Origin: Guillardia theta CCMP2712
Lineage: Eukaryota; Protista; Cryptophyta
Assembly (NCBI RefSeq): GCF_000315625.1
Contig: NW_005434402.1
Coordinates: 1 to 36,794, forward strand
Length of the DNA stretch: 36,794 nucleotides
Reading direction: 5' to 3'
Numbering within the stretch: the first letter of the stretch is position 1; every line of letters begins with the position of its first letter. Under the pieces are notes generated by a model. That model saw only the letters and a list, made by a program, of their open reading frames with translations, searched no databases and was not told the origin of the DNA. Both the position numbers and the translations under genes were made by a program. Shown one piece after another: positions 12,108 to 23,349 of the stretch.

Positions 12108-12669
12108 CGACCGCGTTGGCTTCCATTGTGATGACAGATTGTCGATCTGATATGATCCAATTGATCTTGATCCTTGTGTGAGTGCTAAGGATTGTAACAT
12201 GGTGTGAAAGATACAAGTTGTTGGCATTATCCTTGCCCTCATGGTGACTGAGGCAAGTAATCAGATGGCGCATGACACGTGCGACTGTTGGTAGCATCTT
12301 AACCAGCTGACCTGTCCTTCATTTCATTCCTTCGACGTGTTGCTGCCCCCACCGGTCCGAAGATCACTTCACGACCCCTACCCCATTATCTCCCACATAC
12401 TACCCCCTCCTTCTGCCTGTGGAATGATGAGGAGGGTACCGTACTCCTGCCCCTGTCACATTTTGACAAGAGTGAGAAGTTGTGGGAGGCGGAGGAAGGA
12501 GAAGAGAAGAGAAGAGGCGATGAAAAGATGACGATGAAGAACCCAGTCTTGATGTCAGCTGCATTTGCTCTGATCCATCACGGACAGCAAGTTGGCGGCT
12601 CCAACGGCGGCAGAGACATGCTGTGAGAGTGCCGGGTTGTTGTGAACTTGTGTGAAGAGTAGCTCGAGG

Positions 12670-14192
12670 ATGGGAGGAGGCGACAAATTCTCAAGGAGGA
12701 AGAAGAGGACGGAGCAAGTCGTGAGCTCCTTCAAGGACTTCAACTTTCGAGCGGCTGTGCAAGATGTCTTGCAACGAGGTGACGATGCGATTCAAGAAGC
12801 TGAGATGTCGCTGAGGTACAATGACGTTGAGAGAGCGATGAATGAGCTCAGGCTTGCCCGTCAAGAGTACGATCATGTCCAGAGAACCGCAACAGGATGC
12901 TCTCCTCGCACAGAGCACAACTTGAGCACGTGTGCAAGGTTGTCGCTGTCAAGGATAAGAGAGCTGGAGCGGATAACTAACGATCGGTTGTATGAGACGG
13001 CGCAAGAGAAGAGGGACGGGATGCATCATTCCCCAGCAAAGTCAAGCACTCCCAGCGTAAGAACGCCTTGCGATTCTCCTCGTGCTAGTGCCCACGGGCA
13101 TTCCTCAACTCTGTCGTTGCAGATGCTTCCTGCCTTCATGGAAGAAAGTGATTGGACCTCCAACGATTTCCACGTGCGACCTAACTGGTCCGTGCCGATG
13201 CCGAGTGAGCATGAGAGGGTGAGAAAGATGGTGAGGAGAATGCGGCAAGGCAAGATGGGCAAGTCCGTCTACGAGGAGCAAGTTGTTCTCCGAATTGGAA
13301 ATCTCCGTTGCCCTTACGTTCTACTAGGTGAAGAAGGCTCATGTGGAATCGAAGCAGGTGGCGGCAAACATGACTGCAAGTATACTTTCTCTGTGTTGCT
13401 TCTCCCTCTTACACCTTTCTGTCAGACAGCTCCAAGGTCAAGAGCCAGTCCTCGTCTCTCCTCCGCTGTTTTCCTCTCAGAGGGCAAAGTGAACCAGTGG
13501 TGGCAGCAGCTGCAGATACTGAGGAGGAGAGCAAGGAGGACGACAACTTCGTGCATGCTGAGGAGAGGAAGGAGCCTCCCCGATGGGCAGTTCCTCACCG
13601 CCCGTCCACGAGTTCGTCCCCGATGCGAAGGATCAACTTCTTCGACCTCCTTGCTAGTCCCGCTGCCAGCAGCCCCGTGGCCACGGGCACCCGCGCCATC
13701 CCATCGACGCCTGTGAAATCAAGAGGAAGCGGCGGGAGGAACGCGGGAGGAGGAGAGAAGCGCTACGTGAGGGCCTGCCATCTCCTGCCGCAGGGTGACT
13801 GACCCCTACACCCTCCTGCCAGTCCTCCGTCAGCGACATCGATGCTCGTCTCGTCGGCAGCTTCTCGGCCGCTGTGTCCCCAACGCGGAGGATCAAGACA
13901 GCCAGGGAGCCACCCGGGAGAGGAGGAGGAGGAGGAGGAGGAGGAGAAGGTAAGGGAGATGCGCTGCGTGTGCTGCTTGTCAAGAGCTCGCAGAACGACG
14001 GAAAGCAGCAACTCCTCTAGGACTTTCCAAGTCGCCACAGGCTGCAACCAGCCCGATCGCCAGGTGCTGTTGATGATGAAGGAGAGGAGAGTGAAGGAGC
14101 GACAGGTCCACTCGACGAGTGCTCAAGGAGGTCGATCGGTTCGTGCGAAAGAATCCAAGAGTTTGAGGCCAGGCAAAGTAGAGCGAGAGTGA
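12670..14192 (+). CDS. Hypothetical protein (helical N-terminus, Ser/Pro-rich low-complexity remainder)
   Basis: Long ORF 12652-13716 with protein-like sequence (FNFRAAVQDVLQRGDDAIQEAEMSLRYNDVERAMNELRLARQEY) and downstream GT-AG bounded exons. 3' end approximate. Confidence 0.55.
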
Positions 14193-14233
14193 AGAGATGA
14201 AAATATGACGAGAGTGAAGAGATGAAAATATGA
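14184..14233 (+). repeat. Perfect 25-bp tandem duplication
   Basis: CGAGAGTGAAGAGATGAAAATATGA at 14184-14208 and 14209-14233. Confidence 0.9.
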
Positions 14234-14617
14234 GGGTGAAGATTTGTGGAAGTGGTAATGTCTCAATATGGAGCTCGTGTAAACTAGCAACTTGCAAGGG
14301 AAAGATTTTTACCTGTTTTTGTTTCAATCGGTGCTGAAATGTTGATGGAATGGTTTCAACCGTGTGATTCTTCAACGTCAACAGAGTCAAAGTCTTGATC
14401 GGTCGTGGTCGAGGTGTGTTCTAAAGTTACAGACTAAGATAAGCAGGGCACAGGTGCTTTCATACCTAAACATTTGACCACAACATTCCTTGACCACCAC
14501 ACCGACATCACAGATTTTGTGGGCACGTAAAGTCGTCGACTTGGTGCGACTACATCGAATCAAGAGGTCATGCGCATCTGTTTGTTTATTATCATGCAAG
14601 ACATATTATCATGCAGA

Positions 14618-14754
14618 AGGAGTGATATAGGACATGTTAGCCTCAGAACGAAAAGATGCTTGAGGTAAACTCGAGTCATACCTCAGCATCTTTCGCTACG
14701 GTCTTTACCTCAGCATCCTTTCGTTCTGAGGCTAACATGTTCTACATCACTCCT
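14618..14754. repeat. Long imperfect inverted repeat / hairpin (pre-miRNA-like or MITE-like)
   Basis: Left arm AGGAGTGATATAGGACATGTTAGCCTCAGAACGAAAAGATGCTTGAGGTAAA pairs with right arm TTTACCTCAGCATCCTTTCGTTCTGAGGCTAACATGTTCTACATCACTCCT: about 50 bp with 3 substitutions and a 1-nt bulge, loop about 34 nt. Confidence 0.9.
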
Positions 14755-14889
14755 CGGTGCTATATTCAGATCTTGAATCGCCGACAAACGTGCTTGAGGA
14801 AGGGATTGACATGTGCTAGCAAGCAGTAGAAACCTGCCCTGCTTAACTTATTCTACTGAGCTGTTCTATACTTGTTTCACTACTAGACT

Positions 14890-15571
14890 CTCAAACACTG
14901 TTACGACTAACTTGCTTTCCCTCATGCGCCTGCCTTCACCTCCCTTGTAATGGCATACCTTTATGATTCACCACTGTGAAAGCTGTTGGACCTCTTGTCC
15001 TCCCTTGTACATCCCTCGCTCCTCCAACAGCAATCTTGATCTTGTCAACAAACAATGTAGAAAATTCTTCTCAGCCTCTATTTGCTCTCTCTTGCAATCG
15101 ACACATCTAAATCTGCAATTTGTCACTATCGATCTTGATCCGATGCTCTATGCATCCTGCTCCAACACTTGAGCCACCCCCAGCCCCTTGGCAACGTATG
15201 TCTTCAGCTCCTACCTGTCCCACGTCTGTCCGATCCGATCCAGCACAGGGTAGCGGGTACTTGAACGAGAACTCGTGTGATCAGTGTCCGGCACATATGC
15301 AGGCCATGCGCCTCAAGACAGAGACTTGTATCTTCTGACCTCTCTCCCCCCCGCTCCCCTTGTCCTCCTTTACCAACTCGCATCGTCATCAACCTTCGTT
15401 CTGCGTGCAACACCCTCCGCTCTTCATTGCTGCTTCCATCATCGCTCGTCTTGTATATTCGTCCTGTTTCCTCTGCTTTCAACCCTAAGCAAAATTCTTA
15501 TTCTAGTCTTCAGTCCTATTAGTGTAGCCCAAGTCCACCTCGTCGCCATACTCGTGCTTTGGCCTTAAACT

Positions 15572-15633
<62 letters not shown>

Positions 15634-15740
15634 CACACTGACAACGACATCACATGATCTATCTTCACGAGCCATGCGTGTTCTTCTTCTGCTTCACTTC
15701 CCTGCTGCTCTTCCTTGATGTCAACTCCTTCGCCGTCGGT
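14890..15740 (-). CDS. Possible hypothetical multi-exon gene (boundaries approximate)
   Basis: Open segments such as CVDCKREQIEAEKNFLHCLLTRSRLLLEERGMYKGGQE and MKAEETGRIYKTSDDG.. with GT/AG boundaries; (GCAGGA)n intron-type microsatellite at about 15572-15632. Confidence 0.3.
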
Positions 15741-16783
15741 CCAGATAAAAAAAAGAAAAAAAAGAAAGTTAAAAAAAAGATCTCGGGATGGGGATAAAAA
15801 CATTCGATTTATATCATTGTAGATGTTAAAACACTTCTTTTCAGATCTCAGGCGTCAGATATTTTGGCAGTCGGTGAGAAGCGTTGCGTGTTTTCATTGT
15901 AGTAAGAAGAAGATTCTTGAGCCTCGAAGGGACGCAAGAACACCTTCAACTTGGGGGTGTACAGGGGGTTCTCAAAGGGGCGAAAGGGGTAGGGTACGTA
16001 CTGCAATGGCAGACTGATATTAGCTATATCAGACTGATATATTCGGAGGGAGCACCCTTGGATGGCAGGGTGGGGTCCTGGTGGTCGTTCGGTTGGGTAG
16101 GGGGGTGGTGCTTGACTCAAGGGTTTAACAGGCAAGAAGTCTGATTGTATCGAAAAGACTCGATTTTGAAAGGAGATGCGGATGGGTGGGAAACCAGGGG
16201 AACGTTTTGAGGATTGGGGGTGGGGTACTTTGAAAGGGTTGAATTTTACGAGACCTCGGATGGATATAATAGGGGGTACATGGAGAGGTAAATGCACTAT
16301 ATTACAGGGGTAGGGTCAAATAATCTTTTAGGTTTAGGTGGGGTGGGTCATCACGAGGGTGGGTGGTCGCTGGTAGTCATACTTGCTGGTAGTCTGCGTC
16401 GCTTCCCATGCTGGCCTTAAAGAGATACCAAGGTTTTCACTACCCCCCAATTTACTATACATAGGACCCCTACATGCCCAGTACTAGGTTGGTGTTGGTC
16501 CGGTCACGTCGTTGGCACGATACGAAAAAGTACCCCTACTTCGAAAGGCAAACATAGGGGTGTTGAAGAAGGTAAGGTCTCATATTAAGACCACCCCTCC
16601 GACCTTCAGATTCCCCCACGCCTGCCAAATCTCCTTCTCAATCCTCCTCGTCCCTTGTTGTTGCCTTCTTCTCTCTTCCTCCTCCTCCTCGTTCCTCCTC
16701 CTCCATCTCTCCTGTCTTCGTTCTCCCTGCTTCCTCTCTTTGTCCCGATCCTTGGTTTACCCCGGTTGCCCCCAAGGCGCTTC

Positions 16784-19700
16784 ATGGAATTGTCCCCCAT
16801 GCCGTCTACGTGCAGTTTCAGTCATGACTCACAAATGGAAAAGGAGCGGAGAGAGCAGCAGGTGTTTGAAAACCTTCAGGTCGAGGGCTATGCAGATGCC
16901 GAGTTCTTGGACAAGAGACCCTCTTGCGATAGTCGCATGGACGAGGGTCTACCTGAGCCTCTTCGCCCGTTGAGCCCTCCACACGAGTCTAGAAGCGAAG
17001 CTCCCCTGAACCAACAAGAGGATCATCAGCGCGTTCCTGCTTTCTTCCGGCAGAGCAGGCACTTCTCGCAGAGCTTCAAGCTGCCTTCACTCAAGCAGGC
17101 GACACAAGTTGACCAGAAATTCATGATTCGAGCGACTATGAACGATGTGCCGGGGCTGTTTCTGTTCGCCCTCTGGCTGATGGTCTATGTAGTCTTCGTG
17201 TATGCCCTGAGATCATACTCGTCCGCGTGTGCCAACGTGCAAACGGATGAGAGCGAGTACTACACCATGAAGAAGACAATGTTCGTCAAGATCCTGGCGG
17301 TGTTTCTTTTCAGCATTTGTATCCTCATGGATCTGTCTGGTATGCTGTTTCAGATCTCCGCCAAGAAGAGGACTCTCAACAGCCTCGTCCTCTTCATCAA
17401 CCTCGTTGCTTGCACGGTTTACCTGAGTTACGTCACGGGCGTGCTGCCGGTCCTCCACGACCTTGAGGGGCGGCAGATGTTCATCGAGCGCTACTTCCAA
17501 TGGATGAACACAACTCCCTGCATGCTGTTTGTCTTGCATGCTCTCGGGTCGTCCATGGAAAAGGAGCTCGTCATCTCCTTCTCGTCGCTCTTCCGCGTCC
17601 TGATATCCGATGAGTTGATGATCCTCACAGGTGGCATCTGACAGCTCGTGCTTCCATGATCAAGTCCTGACATGAACATGTCTTCCAGGGCTCGTTCATG
17701 CCGTCGTTGGTAACAGCATGATTGGTTGTGTCGCTTGCTTCCTGTCTTGCTGTTTCTTCCTCGACGTTCTCCGGGGTGTTCACGCCTTCACCAACTCAAG
17801 GTGTGACAAGAATGGACGTGCTGACTTCGTTGATGACATGCTCCGTCAGCGTTGCTAGAGCTGCGACAACGTACGAGATCGCGTCGTTGAGGTCGTTGGA
17901 GATCAGCACCTTCTTGCTGTGGTCCGTGTTCCCCGTCGTTCACCTGCTGCACTATGGAGGTGAGACTGGTACTGGTCACGTGGGACGTCTGACCTCTCAA
18001 CTCAAGGTTTCATCTCAACCTTCCAGTATGACATAGCGCAGACCTTCGTTGATATCCTCACCAAGTCGGTCTACACCGTCACGCTCCTCACCGGAAACTT
18101 CTGCATCCTCGACACTGTCGCCGAGGTCAGGATCGCCCAGCTGCAAGCTGAAAAAGAGACGAAGCATAAGAACGTGATCCGCACCGAGCTGATGAACCAG
18201 GCGCTGCAGGTGGGAGGGAGACAAGGAGGAGAAGGGGGCAGGGGGTTGATTGTGTGTGTACAGACGGCGATGCTAGAGGCGGAGACTTCATCTCGCCTGT
18301 CTCGTCATTTCCTTGCCAACATCAGCCACGAGCTTCGCACCCCCCTCAACTCGGTCGTCGCCTTCAACTCGCTCCTGCTGGAGTCGGAGGACCTGAGGTG
18401 AGCTTTATGCTGCCCTCTCGCGATGTGAGACCACAAACAGCGCCGCACACAAGGATTACGTTCGTTCCTCCTTGACGTCCGCGGACGCTCTGCTAACCGT
18501 CATCAATCAGGTCTTCCTCCTCCCTTGCTTTCTTCCTCCTCCCTTCCTCCTTTTTTCTACGCCCCTGCTGCTCCATCACCATCTCCTCCGATCCCTGCTC
18601 TTTCTTTCGTCCTGTTTCATCCCCCCCCCCCCCCTCCCCGTTCTAGTCCGTGTCTGCTCCTACTCCTCAAGTTTCCTGAAGGACCTGAGCAGGTGCTGGA
18701 CTACCCCAAGTTGGAAGCGAAGGAGGACAACGAGAAGGAGGGCAAGGGAGGAGAAGAGAAGGAGGGCAGCGAGCTCATGGAGGAGTTCTCCCTCCTCAAG
18801 CTTGGCGAGGATCTCTCCGACCTCATCGCCTCCTGCATCAAGTCAGACCTTGACTTCGCCGTCGACATCCAAGTCTCTGAGGCAGACGCGGAGCTCTTTC
18901 TCTATGGCGATGCCTTCCACATCCGTCAATGTGCCATGAACCTCTGCGACAATGGTGCTTCCTCCTGCTCCTCCTCCTCCTCCTCCTCCTCCTCCTCCTC
19001 CCCTCCCCCCCATCTCCTGTCGTTTCTCCTCGTCGTCTACCATCTGACTGACAGCTGTTCAGCCATGAAGTTTTCGCCGGAGCAGGGAGGAGAAGTGACT
19101 CTACGCATGAGGCTCTCAGACTTGGACGAGGCCTCGTCCGTGTGCCTGCTGCACGTCGAGGTGGAGGACAACGGCATCGGAATCCCAGAGGACAAGCTCA
19201 ACCTCCTCTTCAAACCTTTCTCTCAGGTCCCTGCTCCCTCCTCCTCCTCTGTCCTCCTTCTCCCTCACTCCCCCCTCTGTTTCTTCTCTTTCCTCATCAT
19301 CGTCTGTTCTTGCTTCCTCCTCCTCGTCCCTGCTGACCAGCCTGCAGGTTTCCTCGCAGTACACGCGACTGCATCAGGGGACGGGGCTGGGCCTCGCCAT
19401 CACCAAGAAGCTCGTCGACTCCATGCACGGCAGCATCTCCTGCCAGAGCAGAGGAGCAGAAGCCGCGAAGAGCAGAGGAGGAGCAGCGGCAGGAGGCACG
19501 GGAACAGTCTTCTGCATCACTGTTCCTCTTCACTTCACTCGTCAACCCGTAGGGGTCAACTCCACCCTAGAAATCCCAGGCCTGCAGGAGGGGACCGTCA
19601 TCCTGGCGACGAGGAAAGGACCGAGCTCAGCGCTCATCATGAGGCTGTGCAAAGAGAGGAAGGTGAGGGTGGTGGACCTGCGGCAGGACAAGGGGCCGGT

Positions 19701-21012
19701 CAGCAAGCAGCTGCTGGTGAAGCTGCAGGCGGCAGTGAAGGCTCAGGGGGATCGGCCGTTCTGTGTGGTGGTGGACATGCTGGTGTACGAGCAACTGAGC
19801 GCGATGGCGACGGAGCTGAGCTGCTTGAAGAGCTTCTTGATCTTGGGGGGGATGACGTCCCAGCTCTGCCTGCTCAAGAAGAAGCGACACGACGAAGCCT
19901 CCAACGTCATCCCCCTCCCCATCAAGCCGTCGGTGCTCTTCTCTAAGATCTTCTCCTCCTTCACGGTCGAGAGGAGGCGGTCGATGTCTTGCGCTTGTCT
20001 GACTGCCGCCAACAGGAGGAGAAGAAGTCTCCTGCCCTTCCCTCCTTTCCTTACGCTGCCAAGGTAGCCAAGGAGACGGTGAGCAGCGGGAACGTCCCGG
20101 CCCTGGAGGAGGCGGTGAAGAAGGAGGCGGAGGAGGTGAGAGGAGGAGACGCTGCGAGGCTTCAAAGGCTCATGGCCAAGCAGGATAATCGCATGCGCAT
20201 CCTCGTGGTGGAGGATCAAATCGCCAACCAGAAGGTCGCAGTAGCCCTCCTCCAGCGCGTCTTCGGTGAGCATGAGAGACTGAGGAGAAGGGAGGGAGGG
20301 AGGGAGGGAGGGAAGGAGGCCGCAGGAGGAGGAGGAGGAGGAGGAGGAGGAGGAGGTGGAGGAGGAGGAGGGTTGACTGGTGAGCAGGCAAGGATAAGGT
20401 TGCGGTTGACATCGCCAACAACGGAGAGGAAGGAGTCGCAGCCGCATCGTCTGGAAGCTACGACCTCATCCTCATGGACATTCAGATGCCCATCATGGAT
20501 GGACTTGAGGCCTCTCGCAAGATCCGCGAGTGGGAGAAGGAGGTATGCTGCTTCCGCCATTTCTCCCTCAACCCCCCCCCCCTCGCTGTGTCCTCCTCCT
20601 CCTCCTCCTCCTCCTCCTCCCCCTCCTCCTCTCCTCACGTCCATGGCAGAAGGATCGAAAGAAGATCTGCATCATAGCTGTCACTGCTCACACCAGCCCA
20701 GCGCATGTCGAGGAATGTATGCAAGCAGGTCTGCTATCTCCTGCCGCAGCTCTAATCCCTCCTCTCCTCTTCCTCTCTCCTCCCCCTTTGCCCTGTTCTA
20801 TCTTGCGATCTTCATACTGATGTTCATGCAGGCATGGATAGACATTTCTCGAAACCCCTCAGCCTTTCTCTCATGCGATCCATCGTAGAGGTAAACGTTG
20901 CTCCATCCATCCATCCTCCCTTTGATCATACCTCCCCCTCCCCTCCCCTTTCTCTCCCTCCCTCTCATTTTCTTTTCAGGACTTCGATGATTGGAAAGGA
21001 AGTCGCGTTTAA
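16784..21012 (+). CDS. Histidine kinase rhodopsin (HKR): 8-TM type-1 rhodopsin + HisKA + HATPase_c + pseudo-receiver + receiver
   Basis: Rhodopsin: helix [16 protein letters not shown] (R at 17489), helix [11 protein letters not shown], helix [12 protein letters not shown], helix [11 protein letters not shown] (DxxxK, Lys codon 18063-18065). Kinase: H-box [14 protein letters not shown] (His 18327), N-box [21 protein letters not shown]1 [18 protein letters not shown]2 [13 protein letters not shown]. Receiver: [29 protein letters not shown] (Asp 20477)..[15 protein letters not shown]. Stop TAA at 21010-21012. Confidence 0.93.
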
Positions 21013-21128
21013 CATCCTCGGATGACCTTGTTAGAAAATGTAGAGTGTGTGGAGTATGTACAATTAGTCAAGTAATGCTATTCTCCTCCTCATCCTCATC
21101 ATCATCATCATCATCATTATCCTGATCA

Positions 21129-23349
21129 TCATCCTCCTCCTCCTCCTCCTCCTCCTCCTCCTTGCTCTGTGCTAGTTGCCACTATCGCCTCTCGTAGCAG
21201 CACTTGAAACTCAGTTGCTCCTGGCATGGCGTCACAGTCCAACAGGCTCAGCGCTCTCTCACCTGTCCCTGTCGCTGTCGCCTGTAGGTAGGAGGAGGCG
21301 AAGCTGAGATGAACGCGACGGAAAGCTGCGAGGCAGGAGCTCATTCCGTATAAACCACCCCCCTCCCCTCCCCTCCCCTCCCCACCTTCCCTCCCCTCCC
21401 CTCACCCCTCAACACACATTTTTTCTGACGTCCTCTCCTCCCTAGATCCCTTCCTCTTTCCCTTTCCTCCTCCTCGTTCGCTTTTGTTCTCTTCCCACCT
21501 TGCAACGAACGCACGCAATCATTATAACGATCGCTGAGGTCCTGAGCGTGAGGGAGCAGGCGGGTCTTGGCTCGCTCAGCTGCCTGTCTGATCCCTCCAT
21601 GCACCTTCACCTCCTCCTCGAACTTCTTCATCTGCTGCCTCGTCACTCTCACGCTGCCACGTCCGCATGCTCACAAACTCTCGATGCTTGCGAGGGAGAT
21701 ACTCCTCCACCACCTCCCGCTAGTTGACAAGTCAGAGCCCCCACAGGGCGGAGAATGGAGGAGAGGAGGAGCAAGCGGTGCGGGAGCGAGAGAGGAGAGG
21801 GAGGGGAGGGGAGGAGCAGAGAGGGAAAGAGGAAGGAGCAAGGACCTGAAAATCGCTCATCAAGACCTCATGTCGCACACCGAGAAAGAGATCGATCATG
21901 ATGAAAACTGCACTCTATCGTCCCCGTTCAGCTTCTCCTCCTTCTCCCTCCCCTCCTCCTCCATACTTGCCCAGCACTTGGACCTTTCGCCCTTGACCAG
22001 ACTCCTTCATCATCTCCAGTCCCTTCCTCTCCTTCCTCGCTGGTCTTCAGGAGCACTCCGTCTGGCCAGAAGCTGCAGCGAGGGATGAGAGGAGCGCGGG
22101 GAAGGAGAGACGTGCCCTGTGAGGAGAGGGCGGTACACGTGGAAGAAGACGTCGGCATGCACGAGCTCGGAGAGCTACAAGAGGAGTCAGAGGAACCTCA
22201 ACTCGCCATCCTCCTCCACCTGCTTCATCATCGACTTGCAGTCCTGCAGCGCATCCCTCAAGTCTTCCAGCAGCTGCCCAGCTTCTCTCACAGCAACACC
22301 AGCCGCCTCCTCCCCTCCCTTGTCATCTTTGCTGATGTGCGACAGGATGAAGCATGGCGCGTAGAACATGGCGGCAACCAGCGGGCCCAGACGTGCTTGG
22401 ATGGCACAGGGGATGAGATGGAAAAAGCTCTCAGTGCTTGTGCCTGAATTGCTTCACGCTCACTCTCCTCCTCCTCCTCCTCCTCCCTTCACCTGTCATC
22501 GAGCTTATCGTTTCCAGCGCTTCCACGCTGCTCCTTCCCTGCTCGTTCCGCTTCAACCTGAGGAGCATCAGCGGGCGACGTGCGAGACAAGGGCATCATC
22601 ACTTCCAGTTCCAGAGGTCAATCGCAGCGGTGAGAACAGGCGGCAACCCGAGTCTGCCATGCCGTCACACCAGCATGAGGACCATCGCTACACTTGGTGC
22701 TGACGTCGACGAGAGGTGTCGAGATTTGAGCAGGAACGGAAGGATGCCGCACATAGTTAGCGTCCTGAGCCGCATGGGACGACTCTTCACTCTCATGCTC
22801 TCTCAGCCGCTCCCATGATACTGTACTGCTATGAGCAAACAACTTCACCTCCTCACACGCAACCTGTCGGTCCGTTTACGTATGAGTGTAGCAGCATGCA
22901 CAGGACGATGTATGCTCGCTTCAACTGCGCTTCTTCTAGGTCTACTCTGGATCAGAGGATTCAGTCGACTCACAACCGCACCATCAACATCGATGCATCG
23001 CAAGCGCTCGATCGACCGGAACAACTGGGGGGGGTGAGTCCGCGGGGCAGATGGAAGACAACAAGAGCAAATGTCACACCTGTCCTGTTCGGTTGAGGTG
23101 TGGCAGGTCATCTAGGATTCGTTCCCATGGCTCGTATGCTAGCGGCAGGCTGTCACAAGGTCAGCCATGGCTGTCGTAGGCATGAGAATACCGTTGGACA
23201 CAATGGTCAGGCAAGAATCCACCCTCGAGAGAAACATCAAACTTTCGGGCAGCCTTCTCCTCCTCCCAGGCTTCGACGACTCTCTGCCGGTAGCCATGGC
23301 TCCTCTCCTTGCTCCTGCAGCCCTTCAGCCATGGGCCACCCACCGCCAT
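21129..23349 (-). CDS. Indoleamine 2,3-dioxygenase (IDO) family heme enzyme, divergent; multi-exon
   Basis: Spliced exons: KFDVSLEGGFLP / LPLAYEPWERILDDLPHLNRTGQ / LKRAYIVLCMLLHSYVNG / RLGLPPVLTAAIDLWNW / ESFFHLIPCAIQ / VHADVFFHVYRPLLTG / GPSAGQS..IDLFLGVRH / EYLPRKHREF / RYNDCVRSL / LAAFRRVHLSFASSYL..GTG/ATEFQVLL. These are collinear with IDO motifs (GFLP, LPPIL, FFxxxR, GGSAGQS, YMPPAH, proximal His in RSYH, GTGG). Confidence 0.9.

Noticed and set aside
11827-12297. 156-aa - strand ORF
   Set aside because: It overlaps + strand segments with regular GT-AG intron spacing and has no recognisable domain; not fully excluded.
14661-14668. TGAGGTA resembling the let-7 5' end inside the hairpin
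   Set aside because: Only a 7-nt match, expected by chance; the remaining sequence is unlike let-7.
16784-18100. Channelrhodopsin or proton-pump assignment for the rhodopsin
   Set aside because: No carboxylates at the D85/D96 equivalents, TTP rather than the channelrhodopsin-type TCP motif, an extra TM0, and a direct fusion to a histidine kinase.
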